A stretch of DNA of 64,000 bases. Source: Hyphomonadaceae bacterium. Its GTDB lineage: Bacteria > Pseudomonadota > Alphaproteobacteria > Caulobacterales > Aquidulcibacteraceae. This document shows, one piece after another, positions 9,470 through 20,872 of this stretch. The notes under the pieces are model-generated. The model had not been told where the DNA came from and did no database searches. It saw nothing but the letters and a program-made list of their open reading frames with translations. How positions within the stretch are numbered: the stretch's first letter is position 1; each line of letters opens with the position of its first letter. The stretch is from assembly GCA_050185805.1 (NCBI GenBank), contig JBFWZB010000006.1, forward strand, positions 5,818 through 69,817. Reading direction: 5' to 3'. Both the position numbers and the translations under genes were made by a program.

Positions 9470-9898
9470 ATGATCCGCTACGATCTCCGCTGCGCCAACG
9501 GCGACGAATTCGAAGCGTGGTTCGGTTCGATCGCTGAATACGACCGTCAGGCCGGGCAGGGCCTCGTGCAATGCCCGCATTGCGGGGTTGCGAAGGTTGA
9601 GAAGGCGCCGATGGCCCCTTCTGTCGTTACCGGCAAAGCGAAAGACGCGCGCAAGGAGCGCGCTGTGGCCATGGCGATGGCGGCGAAAGTGCGCGAGCAT
9701 ATCCGCGACAATTTCGATTATGTCGGCGACAAGTTCGCCGACGAAGCGCGCAAGATTCACAGTGGCGAGAGCGAGGAGCGCGCCATTTATGGCGAAGCGA
9801 CGCCCGAGGAAGTGAAGGCGCTAACGGAAGAAGGCGTGCCGGCGTCGCCCTTGCCGCCCGAGCTTTCTCCTAATCCGCCGAAGCGCGTGTTGAACTAG
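9470..9898 (+). CDS. DUF1178 family protein
   Basis: MIRYDLRC..FEAWF, CPHCG, KAPMAP, YVGDKFADEARKIH. Confidence 0.9.
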   Translation: MIRYDLRCANGDEFEAWFGSIAEYDRQAGQGLVQCPHCGVAKVEKAPMAPSVVTGKAKDARKERAVAMAMAAKVREHIRDNFDYVGDKFADEARKIHSGESEERAIYGEATPEEVKALTEEGVPASPLPPELSPNPPKRVLN

Positions 9899-9940
9899 CC
9901 TGCCTTGGTTTCGCCGCGAGGCGCGCTCTAGATCGCGGGG

Positions 9941-10306
9941 ATGCGGCGGCAATTTCTGATCGGCCTGTTCGGCCTTGGCCTCAGCGCTTGCGTCTCCAGC
10001 GCAGCGTCCGCGCCGCGGCGTTTCTCCGGCGTTTGGACCTGGAGTTTCGAGACCTCGTCGTTTGCGGCGGATGACGGCGCGGGCCCTTATTGGCTCGAAG
10101 CCGAGGGCGCGGTCTGGCGCGAGATTACTGCGCCGATCGACCGATCAGGACGCGGCCCGTGGGGGCGCACGCGCCTCGTTATCGAAGGCGAAGTGAGCGC
10201 GCCTGGCGCATACGGCCATCTCGGCGCGTACGAACGCCGCCTGCGCGTGACGCGCGTCATCGAAGCCGCGCTTATCGCGGCCGACGGCCCGCCATCAGGT
10301 AGTTGA
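9941..10306 (+). CDS. hypothetical lipoprotein
   Basis: Lipobox LSAC; G.W...FETS and YGHLGAY motifs; 3' end overlaps convergent ubiG. Confidence 0.6.
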   Translation: MRRQFLIGLFGLGLSACVSSAASAPRRFSGVWTWSFETSSFAADDGAGPYWLEAEGAVWREITAPIDRSGRGPWGRTRLVIEGEVSAPGAYGHLGAYERRLRVTRVIEAALIAADGPPSGS

Positions 10307-11006
10307 TCGCGATATCGCGTGAGAGCGTCCAGCCGCGTCCGAGCGGTTCATAGCTGACGCCGATCGGCTCGAACCATTCTATCCCCGGCGCCCCGGCGCG
10401 AATTTCTTCCGGCGTCACCAGCTTGTCGTAATCGTGCGCACCCTCGGGCGCCCATTTCAGGATGCGTTCGGCGCCGATGATGGCGAACGCGCGCGCTTTT
10501 GGCGTGCGGTTGATGGTGGAGAGGATGATCAACCCGCCCGGCCTCACCAAAGCGGCGGCGGCGCGGAGGAAGGCGGGCACGTCCGCGACGTGCTCGATGA
10601 TTTCGAGCGCAGCCACCAGATCGAACGTTGCGCCTGCCTCGGCGAGGGCTTCGGCCGTCGTGCATTCGAAATCGATATTGAGGCCGGCTTGGGCGGCGTA
10701 AGTGCGCGCTGCGCCAATCGCTTCGTTGCTGGCGTCAATGGCGGTAACGCGCGCGCCCATGCGTGCGAGCGGCGCCGAAACCAGGCCGCCGCCGCAGCCG
10801 ATGTCGAGCGCCGCGAGGCCCGCAAGCGGCGTGCGCGCGGTCGCCGCGGGCGGCGCAAGCTCGCGCGTGACAACATCGCGAATATACCGCAGGCGGACCG
10901 GGTTGAGCCGGTGCAGGGCGCCGAACGGCCCCTCCGGATTCCACCATTCGCGCGCCAGTTTGCCGAATTTCTCGATCTCGGCTGGGTCCAGGGTGACGCT
11001 CGGCAT
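10272..11006 (-). CDS. ubiG: ubiquinone biosynthesis O-methyltransferase
   Basis: EIEKF..LA..WW, LHRLNPVR, LDIGCGGG, EIIEHV, STINRT. Confidence 0.95.
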   Translation of the reverse strand: MPSVTLDPAEIEKFGKLAREWWNPEGPFGALHRLNPVRLRYIRDVVTRELAPPAATARTPLAGLAALDIGCGGGLVSAPLARMGARVTAIDASNEAIGAARTYAAQAGLNIDFECTTAEALAEAGATFDLVAALEIIEHVADVPAFLRAAAALVRPGGLIILSTINRTPKARAFAIIGAERILKWAPEGAHDYDKLVTPEEIRAGAPGIEWFEPIGVSYEPLGRGWTLSRDIAINYLMAGRRPR

Positions 11007-11112
11007 AGGCACCACTTCGGGCCGGCGCACGGCGCGGTCAAGTCCGGTAGGCGAAGCGCTGGGGCCATGCTAAGGCCCGGCGGGCCTCGCGTCCGGAGCG
11101 GCTTTCGATCCC

Positions 11113-12372
11113 ATGTCTCGGCTGGTGATGAAGTTCGGCGGCACGTCAGTGGGCGACGTGGAGCGCATCGCGCGCGTCGCTCGCATCGTCGCGGCCGAAG
11201 CCAAGAACGGCCGTGGCATGGCGGTCGTGGTCTCCGCCATGGCGGGCGAAACCGACCGGCTGGTCGGCCTTGCGCGCGCAGCGGGCGGCGGCGAAGGCAA
11301 CCTCGCACCCGGCGGCGCAGGCTTTGACGACGAGTATGACGTTGTCGTTTCCGCCGGAGAGCAAGTCACAACCGGCCTGTTGGCGCTGGCGCTGCGCCGG
11401 CTCGGCTTCCAGGCGCGTTCGTGGCAAAACTGGCAGGCGCCGATCCTCACCGACGCCGCGCATGCAAAAGCTCGCATCACCGACATTTCGGCCGAGGCGT
11501 TGGGCGCTTCTGTCGACGCCGGCGTGATCGCGATCATTCCAGGCTTTCAGGGCGTGAGTGAGAACAACCGTATCACCACGCTGGGGCGCGGCGGTTCGGA
11601 TACGTCAGCGGTCGCGGTGGCGGCGGCGTTGAAGGCCGAACGCTGCGACATCTACACCGACGTCGACGGCGTCTACACAACCGACCCGCGCATCGTGCAG
11701 AAGGCGCGACGGCTCGACAAAATCTCGTACGAGGAAATGCTCGAGATGGCCTCGCTGGGGGCCAAGGTGCTGCAGACGCGCTCGGTCGAACTCGCGTTCG
11801 CGCATCGCGTGCCCGTGCGCGTGCTCTCAAGTTTCGTCGAGCCCGGCGCGGCCAATCCAGGCACAATCGTCTGCTCTGAGGATGAGATCGTGGAACGACA
11901 AGTCGTATCCGGCGTCGCCTATTCGCGCGACGAGGCCAAGATCACGCTGTTCGGCGTCGAGAACGCCATAGGCGCCTCGGCGGAGATATTCGCCCGCCTG
12001 GCCGACGCCAACATCAATGTCGATATGATCGTCCAGACCGACGCGCGCCAGGCCGGGCGCATCAATCTGATTTTCACGTGCCCGGAGCGCGACGCACCAC
12101 GCGCGGCCGAAACGATTCAGGCGGCGCGGGAGAAAATTCAGGTGGACGACATCCAAATCCGCCGCGATGTGGCCAAAGTCTCGGTCATAGGCATCGGCAT
12201 GAAGAGCCAGGTTGGCGTAGCGAAAACCATGTTCGCGGCGCTTGCCCAAAAAGGCGTCAGCATCGAAGCCATCGCCACTTCGGAGATCAAAATCTCCGTT
12301 CTGATCGATGCCGCTTACACCGAATTGGCGGTGCGGGCGCTGCATTCGGCGTATGGTCTCGACGCGATTTGA
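11113..12372 (+). CDS. lysC: aspartate kinase
   Basis: MKFGGTSV, VVVSAM, TTLGRGGSDTS, YTDVDGVYTTDP, two ACT domains. Confidence 0.97.
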   Translation: MSRLVMKFGGTSVGDVERIARVARIVAAEAKNGRGMAVVVSAMAGETDRLVGLARAAGGGEGNLAPGGAGFDDEYDVVVSAGEQVTTGLLALALRRLGFQARSWQNWQAPILTDAAHAKARITDISAEALGASVDAGVIAIIPGFQGVSENNRITTLGRGGSDTSAVAVAAALKAERCDIYTDVDGVYTTDPRIVQKARRLDKISYEEMLEMASLGAKVLQTRSVELAFAHRVPVRVLSSFVEPGAANPGTIVCSEDEIVERQVVSGVAYSRDEAKITLFGVENAIGASAEIFARLADANINVDMIVQTDARQAGRINLIFTCPERDAPRAAETIQAAREKIQVDDIQIRRDVAKVSVIGIGMKSQVGVAKTMFAALAQKGVSIEAIATSEIKISVLIDAAYTELAVRALHSAYGLDAI

Positions 12373-12391
12373 GGGAGGTCTGACAGGAACG

Positions 12392-14656
12392 ATGGTGGGC
12401 CCGGCCGCACACGCCAGCGGTTCGCGCATCCTGCTGCGGAAGCTGCGGGAAATCATGGAGGCTGGCGGTTCGGCGCAAGAGCGCTTGGACCGGCTCGTCA
12501 CCATGATCGGTTCCACTATGGTGGCGGATGTCTGCTCGATTTACCTGAAGCGCGGCGTCTTCCATGAATTGTTCGCCACCGAAGGGCTGAAGCGCGACGC
12601 GGTGCATCGCACGCGCTTGAAGGACGGCGAGGGCCTTGTCGGTTTGGTCGCGGAGACCTCTCGCCCGCTCAACATCGCCGATGCGCCGCATCATGAGCGC
12701 TTCTCCTATCGGCCGGAGACGGGCGAGGATCCCTTCAATTCGTTCCTCGGCGTTCCCATCGTCCGTTCGGAGCGGGTGTTCGGCGTGCTCGTGGTGCAGA
12801 ACCGCGTGCAGCGGAATTACTCCGAAGACGAGGTCGAGGCGCTGCAAACCATCGCCATGGTGTTGGCGGAGATGGTCGCGTCCGGCGCCTTCGGCGATCT
12901 CTCCGGCTTCGATGTCGAGGTGCGGCCAAGCAAACCGGAATGGCTGCAGGGCAAATCCTTTTCCGACGGGCTCGCTATCGGCGTCGCCGTGCTGCACGAA
13001 CCGCATGCGCCGCTGGGCCGGCTCATCGCCGACGATCCGATGCAAGAAGAAACGCGTCTTGACGCCGCTCTGGCTCAGGTGCGCGGTTCGATCGAGCGCA
13101 TGCTCGAAGGCGATCCCGGACGCATTTCGGGCGTGTCGCGCGAAGTGCTTGAGACGTTCCTGATGCTGGCGATGGATTCCGGCTGGGAGAGCAAACTGAA
13201 GAACGGCATTCGCGCCGGCCTTTCCGCGGACGCGGCTGTCGAGCGGTTGCGCGGCGAGCACCGCGCGCATTTCAACAAGGCGCGCGATCCCTATTTGCGC
13301 GAGCGCATGCACGATTTCGAGGACCTCGATAACCGCTTGTTGCGTGCGCTGGCGGGAGTCGACGGCCACCAGACGATGCACATGCCCGACAACGCGGTGT
13401 TGGTGGCGCGCGATCTGGGGCCCGCGGAATTGCTGGATTATGGCGCCGAGCGCCTGAAGGCGGTGGCGCTGGAGGAAGGGTCGAGCGCAGGCCATGCCGC
13501 GATTGTCGCGCGCGCCCTCGGCATTCCCATGGTCGGCGGCCTGCCGGGCTTGCTCTCGCGCATTGAAGCCGGCGATCCGATCATTCTTGACGGCGAACGC
13601 GGTGAAGCGCGGCTCCGTCCCGAGGCGCAGGTCATCGCCGCTTATGAGCAGCGCCTGGCGCTTCGGTCCGCGCGGGCGGCCGCGTTTGCACGGCTAAAAG
13701 ACCAGCCCGCGATCACCAAGGACGGTCGGCAAATTTCGCTGCTGCTCAACGCGGGGCTGGCGCTCGACGTGCACCATCTCGACGACGCCGGCGCTGAAGG
13801 CATCGGACTTTTCCGCACCGAGTTTCAGTTCATGGTGTCGGAAACGCTGCCGCGGCTGGATAGCCAGACCTTGCTCTACAGCGACGTGCTGGACGCCGCC
13901 GGCGAGCGGCCGGTGACGTTCCGGACGCTCGACCTCGGCGGCGACAAGGTGCTCCCCTACGTCACCGCCGAGCGCGAGGAAAATCCTGCGCTGGGCTGGC
14001 GGGCTGTGCGCATCGGTCTCGATCGCCCGGCCTTGTTGCGGTACCAATTGCGGGCGCTCATAAACGCAGCCGCCGGACGCTGGCTGCGGGTGATGTTTCC
14101 GCTCGTCACCACCGTGGCGGAGTTCGAAGCTGCGCGCGCCTTGGTGGATCGTGAGTTGGAATGGGCCGTCGCGCATGGGCGGCGCAAGCCTGAGCAGGTC
14201 GAGGTTGGCGTCATGGTGGAGGCGCCGTCGCTGGCGTGGTCGCTCGCCTCGCTGCGCGGCAAGGCCGACTTCCTCTCCATCGGCACCAACGATCTGATGC
14301 AATATTTCTTCGCCGCCGATCGCGGCAACGCGCGCGTCGCCGATCGTTACGACGTGCTGAGCCCCGCAGCGCTCAGTTTTCTCAAGCGCATCCGCGAAGA
14401 CGCGGACGCAGCGGGCTTGCCGCTGTCGATTTGCGGCGAGGCTGCCGGGCGTCCGCTGGAGTCACTGGCGTTTCTAGCGCTGGGCTTCACGCGGTTGTCG
14501 ATGCCGGCTTCCGGCGTAGGGCCGGTGAAGGCGATGCTGCTTGCGCTCGACGCCAACGCAGCCGAGGCGGCGGTGACACGAATGATTAAGACTTCCGCTG
14601 CTTCGATTCGTGGCGAACTCACAGAATTTGCCTTGGGCAATTCGATACCGCTGTAA
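12392..14656 (+). CDS. ptsP: phosphoenolpyruvate-protein phosphotransferase EI-Ntr (GAF + EI)
   Basis: N-terminal GAF, GHAAIVARA phospho-His, GLFRTEF, ENPALGWR, SIGTNDL, ICGE. Confidence 0.95.
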   Translation: MVGPAAHASGSRILLRKLREIMEAGGSAQERLDRLVTMIGSTMVADVCSIYLKRGVFHELFATEGLKRDAVHRTRLKDGEGLVGLVAETSRPLNIADAPHHERFSYRPETGEDPFNSFLGVPIVRSERVFGVLVVQNRVQRNYSEDEVEALQTIAMVLAEMVASGAFGDLSGFDVEVRPSKPEWLQGKSFSDGLAIGVAVLHEPHAPLGRLIADDPMQEETRLDAALAQVRGSIERMLEGDPGRISGVSREVLETFLMLAMDSGWESKLKNGIRAGLSADAAVERLRGEHRAHFNKARDPYLRERMHDFEDLDNRLLRALAGVDGHQTMHMPDNAVLVARDLGPAELLDYGAERLKAVALEEGSSAGHAAIVARALGIPMVGGLPGLLSRIEAGDPIILDGERGEARLRPEAQVIAAYEQRLALRSARAAAFARLKDQPAITKDGRQISLLLNAGLALDVHHLDDAGAEGIGLFRTEFQFMVSETLPRLDSQTLLYSDVLDAAGERPVTFRTLDLGGDKVLPYVTAEREENPALGWRAVRIGLDRPALLRYQLRALINAAAGRWLRVMFPLVTTVAEFEAARALVDRELEWAVAHGRRKPEQVEVGVMVEAPSLAWSLASLRGKADFLSIGTNDLMQYFFAADRGNARVADRYDVLSPAALSFLKRIREDADAAGLPLSICGEAAGRPLESLAFLALGFTRLSMPASGVGPVKAMLLALDANAAEAAVTRMIKTSAASIRGELTEFALGNSIPL

Positions 14657-14736
14657 AGCGGCGTGCGCGCGCGTTGAGCAAATCCTGATTCGAGAGTACG
14701 CTTCCGATCTGGCGCGAAATTTGCCTTTGTTAAACG

Positions 14737-15597
14737 ATGGTCTCGCAAGGATTGACCAATACTCTGATGCTGCAGCCGCAACCCTCCGACCCGCAGGCGC
14801 CCGCCGAGGCGGTGGATGTCCGCACGCAGCGGCTCAAGCCAGACGCGCCGGCCGTGGATCTCGATCCGGCGTGGCGTGCGGGGCGCAAACTCGCGGAAGC
14901 GCGCCGCCAGCTTGGATTGAGCCTCGAAGAGGTGGCCGACCGCATTCGCGTCCGCCGCGAGTTTCTAGAAGCGCTCGAGGCGATGGATGTGAAGCTGCTG
15001 CCCGGCAAGGCCTACGCTTTGGCCTTCCTGCGCTCCTATGCGCGGGCGCTGGGCATCGATGAGAAGGCCATCATTGATCAGTTTCAGGACGAGTGCGCGC
15101 TCACGCGCGAAGACGTCCATAAGCAAATCCGCAATCCAAGCTCTCGGCCGCAGAAAGAGCGGCCGTGGATTTGGGCCGCTGTCATCCTGGCCGGCGCTAT
15201 TGGCGTGGTCGGCTGGCGCGCCATGGCGCCCGCGCCAGAGCAGGTCGCGCAGACGCAGGGGGCCGGCGCCGAGATCGGCGAAGGCCCTGCCGCTGACCCG
15301 GCTCTGGCTGAAGCCGGCGCACGCGTAGTCGAGGTGCGGGCCGTCACCGAGGGCTGGCTGGAGGCGCGGGGCCCTGACGGAACGGTGTTCCTGTCGCGGA
15401 CCCTTGCTCCGGGCGATGTGTACCGCCCCGACGCTAGCCCTGGCTGGACGCTTCACGCCCGTGATGGCGGCGCGTTCGAATTGTTCGTCAATGGAGCTGC
15501 GGCGGGCCCGCTGGGCGCCCCCGGCATGCCGGTGCTGGGCCGCCCGATCGACGGCATTGAGCCGGTCGCTCACGCCTCGGCAAACGTAGCCGGTTAA
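14737..15597 (+). CDS. rodZ: RodZ-like HTH/TM/DUF4115 cell-shape protein
   Basis: GRKLAEARRQLGLSLEEVA HTH, FLRSYARALG, one TM, periplasmic C-terminal domain; lies between ptsP and ispG. Confidence 0.8.
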   Translation: MVSQGLTNTLMLQPQPSDPQAPAEAVDVRTQRLKPDAPAVDLDPAWRAGRKLAEARRQLGLSLEEVADRIRVRREFLEALEAMDVKLLPGKAYALAFLRSYARALGIDEKAIIDQFQDECALTREDVHKQIRNPSSRPQKERPWIWAAVILAGAIGVVGWRAMAPAPEQVAQTQGAGAEIGEGPAADPALAEAGARVVEVRAVTEGWLEARGPDGTVFLSRTLAPGDVYRPDASPGWTLHARDGGAFELFVNGAAAGPLGAPGMPVLGRPIDGIEPVAHASANVAG

Positions 15598-15665
15598 GCG
15601 CGCGCGGGGGTTCGGGCTGTTAGAGGCGCTCTCGAAGCGCTATCTGACGGGAAAGGACCCCGGAT

Positions 15666-16802
15666 ATGGACGGCGGCGCGGCCGATCTTCACCACATTCG
15701 CCCGTGGCGGCGCATCGAGCGACGCAAGTCGCGGAAAATCCGTGTCGGCTCAGTCGAGGTGGGCGGCGATGCGCCCATCAGCGTGCAATCGATGACCAAC
15801 ACGCCGACCGCGGACGCCGGCGCCACCATCGACCAGATCCGCCGCATGGATGAGGCTGGGGCCGACATCGTCCGCGTTTCATGCCCTGACGAGGACTCCA
15901 CGCGCGCCTTCAGCGCCATCACCCGCGCGGCCAAGGTCCCAATTGTCGCCGACATCCACTTCCACTATCGGCGCGCCATCGAGGCGGCTGCGGCCGGCGC
16001 CGCCTGCCTGCGCATCAATCCCGGCAACATCGGCTCAGCAGCGCGCGTGAAGGAGGTGGTTCAGGCGGCCAAGGATCATGGCTGCGCCATTCGCATCGGC
16101 GTCAATGCCGGTTCGCTCGAACAGCATCTTCTGGAAAAATATGGCGAGCCGTGCCCCGAGGCGATGGTGGAGAGCGCGCTCTTCCACGCTGCTTTGCTCG
16201 AGGAACACGATTTCCGCGATTACAAAATCAGTGTGAAGGCGTCTGACGTGTTCCTAACGGTCGCCGCCTATCAGGCGCTCTCGGAGGCCACCGACGCACC
16301 GCTCCATCTCGGCGTCACCGAAGCGGGCGCGCTGCGTTCGGGCACGGTGAAATCATCGATTGGCCTCGGCTCGCTGCTGTGGGCCGGCATCGGCGATACG
16401 ATTCGCGTTTCGCTCGCCGCCGATCCGGTCGAAGAAGTGAAAGTCGGCCACGATCTGCTGAAATCGTTGGGGTTGCGCCAGCGCGGCGTGAACATCATCG
16501 CCTGCCCATCATGTGCGCGGCAGGGCTTCAACGTCATCGCCACCGTCGATGAATTGGAGCAGCGTTTGGCGCACATCGCGGAGCCGATCACGCTTTCCAT
16601 CATCGGTTGCGTCGTCAACGGACCCGGCGAAGCGCTGATGACCGATATTGGTTTCACCGGCGGCGGAAAAGGCGCCGGGATGGTCTATGTGGCGGGCAAG
16701 GCCGACCATAAGGTCGACAACGCCGTCATGATCGACCATATCGTGGGCTTGGTTGAAGAACGCGCCCAAGCGCTGCGCAGCGCCCGTGAGGCCGCCCAAT
16801 GA
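15666..16802 (+). CDS. ispG: 4-hydroxy-3-methylbut-2-en-1-yl diphosphate synthase
   Basis: [43 protein letters not shown]. Confidence 0.98.
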   Translation: MDGGAADLHHIRPWRRIERRKSRKIRVGSVEVGGDAPISVQSMTNTPTADAGATIDQIRRMDEAGADIVRVSCPDEDSTRAFSAITRAAKVPIVADIHFHYRRAIEAAAAGAACLRINPGNIGSAARVKEVVQAAKDHGCAIRIGVNAGSLEQHLLEKYGEPCPEAMVESALFHAALLEEHDFRDYKISVKASDVFLTVAAYQALSEATDAPLHLGVTEAGALRSGTVKSSIGLGSLLWAGIGDTIRVSLAADPVEEVKVGHDLLKSLGLRQRGVNIIACPSCARQGFNVIATVDELEQRLAHIAEPITLSIIGCVVNGPGEALMTDIGFTGGGKGAGMVYVAGKADHKVDNAVMIDHIVGLVEERAQALRSAREAAQ

Positions 16803-17236
16803 CAAAGCCGATGACGGCGCTGCAGCGCCACATGCAAGACACGTATCAATATCTGTTCGACGCTGCGCACCGTGCGTTGCTGGAAGGCGGTTCGTTCGCC
16901 CCATTCGGCGCCGGCATCCGAAAAACCGGCGAGCAAATTCACACCAACGTCGATCTGCCGATCGACCGCTCGACGCCGCAGGATCACATTTCCGGCCTGA
17001 TCGCCGGTTTCCGCGCCGATGACGAGCAAAACGGATTGATCGCGGCGGGTCTCGTCTTCGATGGGCGTTCGCAGAGCGAAGACGAGAGTGCGGCACTCTG
17101 CTTTCACCTCGAAGGCGCCGACGGGCGCGCGGTTGAAGTCGTTCTGCCCTATCGGCGCATGCCGGGCGGCATCATCGATTTCGCCGATCCGGCGCCGAGC
17201 GAAGTGCAGCCCGAAATCTTCACCCACCTGATGTGA
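16799..17236 (+). CDS. hypothetical protein
   Basis: ATGA-coupled to ispG, normal GC-rich codon use, GSFAPFGA motif. Confidence 0.7.
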   Translation: MTKPMTALQRHMQDTYQYLFDAAHRALLEGGSFAPFGAGIRKTGEQIHTNVDLPIDRSTPQDHISGLIAGFRADDEQNGLIAAGLVFDGRSQSEDESAALCFHLEGADGRAVEVVLPYRRMPGGIIDFADPAPSEVQPEIFTHLM

Positions 17237-17245
17237 CCACGCGCC

Positions 17246-18331
17246 ATGCCTGATTTCGCCCGGCTGGAGCGGCGGCTGCAGCAGGCCGTCGAGCGCTTCG
17301 AGCGAGTCGAGGCGCGCTTGGCCGCGTCGTCCGACGGCGCCGAGATCGTCAAGCTCGGACAGGAGCATGCCGAGCTAAAGCCGCTGGTGGAGGCGATTTC
17401 GGCATTGAACGCCGCGCGCGCCGAGATCGCGGGCCTTGAAGCCATGCTGAGGGACGCAGCCGGTGACGCTGAGATCGCCGCCATGGCGCGTGAGGAACTC
17501 GAAGCTGCGCGCGAGCGCATTCCGGACCTCGAACGCGCCGCGCTCCTGCTCCTCGCACCCAAGGACAAGGACGAAAACGCTTCTGCGATCCTCGAAGTCC
17601 GCGCCGGCACAGGCGGGGAGGAAGCTGCATTGTTCGCTGGCGATTTGCTGCGCATGTATCAGCGTTACGCTTCTTCGCGTGGTTGGCGCTTCGAACTGGA
17701 GAGCATTTCCGAGACAGGCCTTGGCGGCGTCAAAGAAGCCGTCGCCACTGTCAGCGGCAATGGCGTGTTCGGGCGGCTGAAATACGAAAGCGGCGTGCAC
17801 CGCGTGCAGCGGGTGCCGGAAACGGAAGCGGGAGGTCGCATTCACACCTCCGCTGCAACGGTCGCGGTGCTGCCGCAGCCGAGCGAAGTCGACGTTCATA
17901 TCGACGACAAGGACATCCGGATCGACACCATGCGCGCCTCAGGCGCAGGCGGTCAGCACGTCAACAAGACCGATTCCGCCGTCCGCATCACGCATTTGCC
18001 GTCCGGCATCGTTGTCATCAGCCAGCTCAAATCGCAGCACCAGAATCGGGCGCAGGCGATGTTGATGTTGCGCACGAAGCTCTATGACGCAGAGCGGGAA
18101 CGCCAAGCATCCGCCCGCGCCGCAGAGCGCAAGGGCCAAGTGGGATCCGGCGACCGCAGCGAGCGGATTCGCACCTACAATTTTCCGCAAGGGCGCGTGA
18201 CCGACCATCGCATCAACCTCACGGTCTATAATTTGCCGGAGGTTATCGACGGCGCCGCGCTCGATCCTGTGTTGGACGCGCTGGCGGCCGAAGAGCAGGC
18301 GCGCCGGCTGGCCGCATTGGAAGAGGAATGA
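17246..18331 (+). CDS. prfA: peptide chain release factor 1
   Basis: GTGGEEA, PET motif, [26 protein letters not shown]. Confidence 0.98.
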   Translation: MPDFARLERRLQQAVERFERVEARLAASSDGAEIVKLGQEHAELKPLVEAISALNAARAEIAGLEAMLRDAAGDAEIAAMAREELEAARERIPDLERAALLLLAPKDKDENASAILEVRAGTGGEEAALFAGDLLRMYQRYASSRGWRFELESISETGLGGVKEAVATVSGNGVFGRLKYESGVHRVQRVPETEAGGRIHTSAATVAVLPQPSEVDVHIDDKDIRIDTMRASGAGGQHVNKTDSAVRITHLPSGIVVISQLKSQHQNRAQAMLMLRTKLYDAERERQASARAAERKGQVGSGDRSERIRTYNFPQGRVTDHRINLTVYNLPEVIDGAALDPVLDALAAEEQARRLAALEEE

Positions 18332-19176
18332 CGGCGCTGGTGGAATTGTGGAGCGAGGTGCGCAAGCGCCTCGAGGCCGCTGGCGTAGAAACGCCGGTGT
18401 TCGATGCGCGGCTCTTGGTGGAGGCCGGCGCCGGCGTTTCGCGGCTCGATATCGTCACCGACCCGCGCCGCGACATGAGCGAAGCGCAAATCGAGGCGGT
18501 GCGTGCGCTCGCAGCGCGGCGCGAAGCGCGCGAACCGGTAGCGCATATTGTCGGGCTGCGCCATTTCTGGAAGCACGCGTTTCGTGTTTCGCCGGACGTG
18601 CTTATCCCGAGGCCGGAAACTGAATTCCTGGTCGAGACGGCGCTCGAGGCGATCGGCTTTGGAGACTCTGTGCGGGTCTTGGATCTCGGCGTGGGCTCGG
18701 GGGCGATCCTGCTCTCCATCCTCGCCGATCGTCCGCTGGCGAATGGCATTGGCGTCGATGTGAGCGCGGCTGCGCTTTCGGTCGCGCAGCGCAATGCGGA
18801 TGAGATTGGCGTGTCCGATCGCGTTCAGCTGATCGAAGGCGCTTGGAGTGAAGGTAAAGGGATATTTGACGTAATCGTTTCGAACCCACCCTACATTCCC
18901 ACCGATGAGATAGACGCGCTGGCGCCGGAGGTTGTGCGGTATGAGCCGCGCTTGGCGCTCGATGGCGGCGCCGACGGATTAAGCGCGTACCGCGCAATCG
19001 CGCCTTTGGCGAAACCGCGGCTCACCCCGGGCGGGTTGTTGGCCTTCGAGGCCGGTTCGGGGCAGGCGCAGGCCATTGTCGATTTGATGCGGGACGCAGG
19101 GTTGGAGAACGTGCAGACAAAGCTGGACCTCGCCGGGGTCGAGCGGGTTGTGTATGGACGAGCTCCGGGCGGCTAA
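18328..19176 (+). CDS. prmC: release factor glutamine methyltransferase
   Basis: [31 protein letters not shown]. Confidence 0.96.
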   Translation: MTALVELWSEVRKRLEAAGVETPVFDARLLVEAGAGVSRLDIVTDPRRDMSEAQIEAVRALAARREAREPVAHIVGLRHFWKHAFRVSPDVLIPRPETEFLVETALEAIGFGDSVRVLDLGVGSGAILLSILADRPLANGIGVDVSAAALSVAQRNADEIGVSDRVQLIEGAWSEGKGIFDVIVSNPPYIPTDEIDALAPEVVRYEPRLALDGGADGLSAYRAIAPLAKPRLTPGGLLAFEAGSGQAQAIVDLMRDAGLENVQTKLDLAGVERVVYGRAPGG

Positions 19177-19476
19177 TCATTGGGGATATGAAAAAACCCT
19201 TGGATCGGCGGCCCTAAGCCATTACCTTGGGGCTCGGAATCGCCGCCCACAGGGTTCGGGGCTGAGCCGGGCGCGCTTCCTGGAGCGGACGCGCCAGACG
19301 CCGCCGCCAAGATTACCTCAGCAAGAGGACGGACAAAGACGCGGTCAGGTCGAGCGCCCATCACGAGGCGTAGAGCCCGATAGGTTCTTTACACAAGCTG
19401 AGTTCGGTTCGCCGCCGCATGCAACGCGGTGACGTCCGGCCTCCGCCAACCACGGAACAAACTAGTGGATTACAAG

Positions 19477-20136
19477 ATGAAGCGTCAGCGGGGCCGTGGT
19501 CGTAAGCCTGGCGGCGGACACCACCAAGGGCATCACAACCAGCCCAACCGCACGCTCGAAAGCAACGGCCCCGACATCAAGGTGCGGGGGCCTGCCGCGC
19601 ACATTTATGAGCGCTATCTGCAACTCGCGCGCGATGCGTCTTCCTCGGGCGACCGCGTGATGGGCGAGAATTATCTCCAACACGCCGAACATTATTTCCG
19701 CATGTTGCGCGCCATGCAGCCGGCCGCGCCGCCGCCGCAACCCGACCGCTTCGCTGGCGGCGAATTTGAAGGCGACGAGGAAGGCCGCGACGTTGAAGCC
19801 GTAGAAGGCGAAGCGGTTGAAGACGCCGAAGGCGGCGAGCAGCCCGAGGCCGCATACGCGCAACAGAACCAGGGCGGGGAGCGTGGCGATGGCGAAGGCC
19901 GGCGCCGCCGCGGCCGCCGTAACCGCTTCCGCCCCGACGGCGAGCGGGATGGCGGCGAAGGCGAGCAGGCCACCGCGCGCGAAGGCGACGAACAACCGCG
20001 CCGCCGCGAGCGCGACGAGGGCGAAGATCAACCCCGCCGTGAGCGCCGTGAAACGCGTGGCGAGCGTGAAGGCGGCGAAAGCCGTGAAGGCTTCGCCGGC
20101 CCTGGCCCTAAGCCGGCTTTCCTCGGCAGCGAATAA
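19477..20136 (+). CDS. DUF4167 domain protein with charged low-complexity C-terminus
   Basis: ESNGPDIKVRG, YLQLARDA, ENYLQHAEHY; start may be GTG 19465. Confidence 0.88.
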   Translation: MKRQRGRGRKPGGGHHQGHHNQPNRTLESNGPDIKVRGPAAHIYERYLQLARDASSSGDRVMGENYLQHAEHYFRMLRAMQPAAPPPQPDRFAGGEFEGDEEGRDVEAVEGEAVEDAEGGEQPEAAYAQQNQGGERGDGEGRRRRGRRNRFRPDGERDGGEGEQATAREGDEQPRRRERDEGEDQPRRERRETRGEREGGESREGFAGPGPKPAFLGSE

Positions 20137-20829
20137 TCAGCGCTTAGACGATTTCGGCGGCGGCGGGGGCGGCGCAGCGAGGCGGCGCTCAAGATAAGCG
20201 CGCGCGTGCTTTTCAACTTCCGGCAAATGGTCTTCGCCGGGGTCGCGCCCGCGATAGAAGTGATCGGCGCCGTCGACGGGCTGGTGATCGACCTTGATGT
20301 TCTTCTGCGTGCGGATGCGCGCCACAACGCGCTCCATGTCGGAGGCGGTGGTGACGCTGTCGCGCGTGCCATAGATGATGATGCCGGAGGCTGGGCATGG
20401 CGCCAGGAACGAGAGATCGTAATGGTTCGCCGGCGGCGACACGGCGAGAAAGCCATCGATCTCCGGGCGACGCATCAGCAATTGCAGGCCGATCCAGGCG
20501 CCGAAGGAATAGCCGCCGACCCAACATTGTTCAGCGTTTGGGTTCATGCTCTGCAAATAGTCGAGCGCGGAGGCGGCGTCGGACAACTCGCCCATGCCGT
20601 TGTCGAACACGCCCTGGCTGCGGCCGATGCCGCGGAAATTGAACCGCAGGACGGCGAAGCCGAAATCCACGAACAATTTATAGAGCTGGACCGTCACGCG
20701 ATCCTGCATCGAACCGCCGGCGCGCGGATGGCCGTGCAGGATGAGGGCGATCGGCGCGCCTTCCCGCGGCGGCTCGGAATAGCGGCCCTCAACACGCCCG
20801 GCCGCGCCGGGAAAAATCACTTCAGGCAT
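20137..20829 (-). CDS. alpha/beta hydrolase
   Basis: HGHP..GG.M, RFNFRG, GYSFG nucleophile elbow, ADHF. Confidence 0.9.
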   Translation of the reverse strand: MPEVIFPGAAGRVEGRYSEPPREGAPIALILHGHPRAGGSMQDRVTVQLYKLFVDFGFAVLRFNFRGIGRSQGVFDNGMGELSDAASALDYLQSMNPNAEQCWVGGYSFGAWIGLQLLMRRPEIDGFLAVSPPANHYDLSFLAPCPASGIIIYGTRDSVTTASDMERVVARIRTQKNIKVDHQPVDGADHFYRGRDPGEDHLPEVEKHARAYLERRLAAPPPPPPKSSKR

Positions 20830-20872
20830 TCAAACGGCCTCGCGCGCCCCACGCGGTTTTGCGCCGCGCTCA

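Noticed and set aside
19780-20100. Repetitive GAAGGCG/GGCGAG tracts resembling a repeat array
   Set aside because: They encode the Glu/Gly/Arg low-complexity tail of the DUF4167 protein; there is no repeat-spacer periodicity, so not CRISPR.
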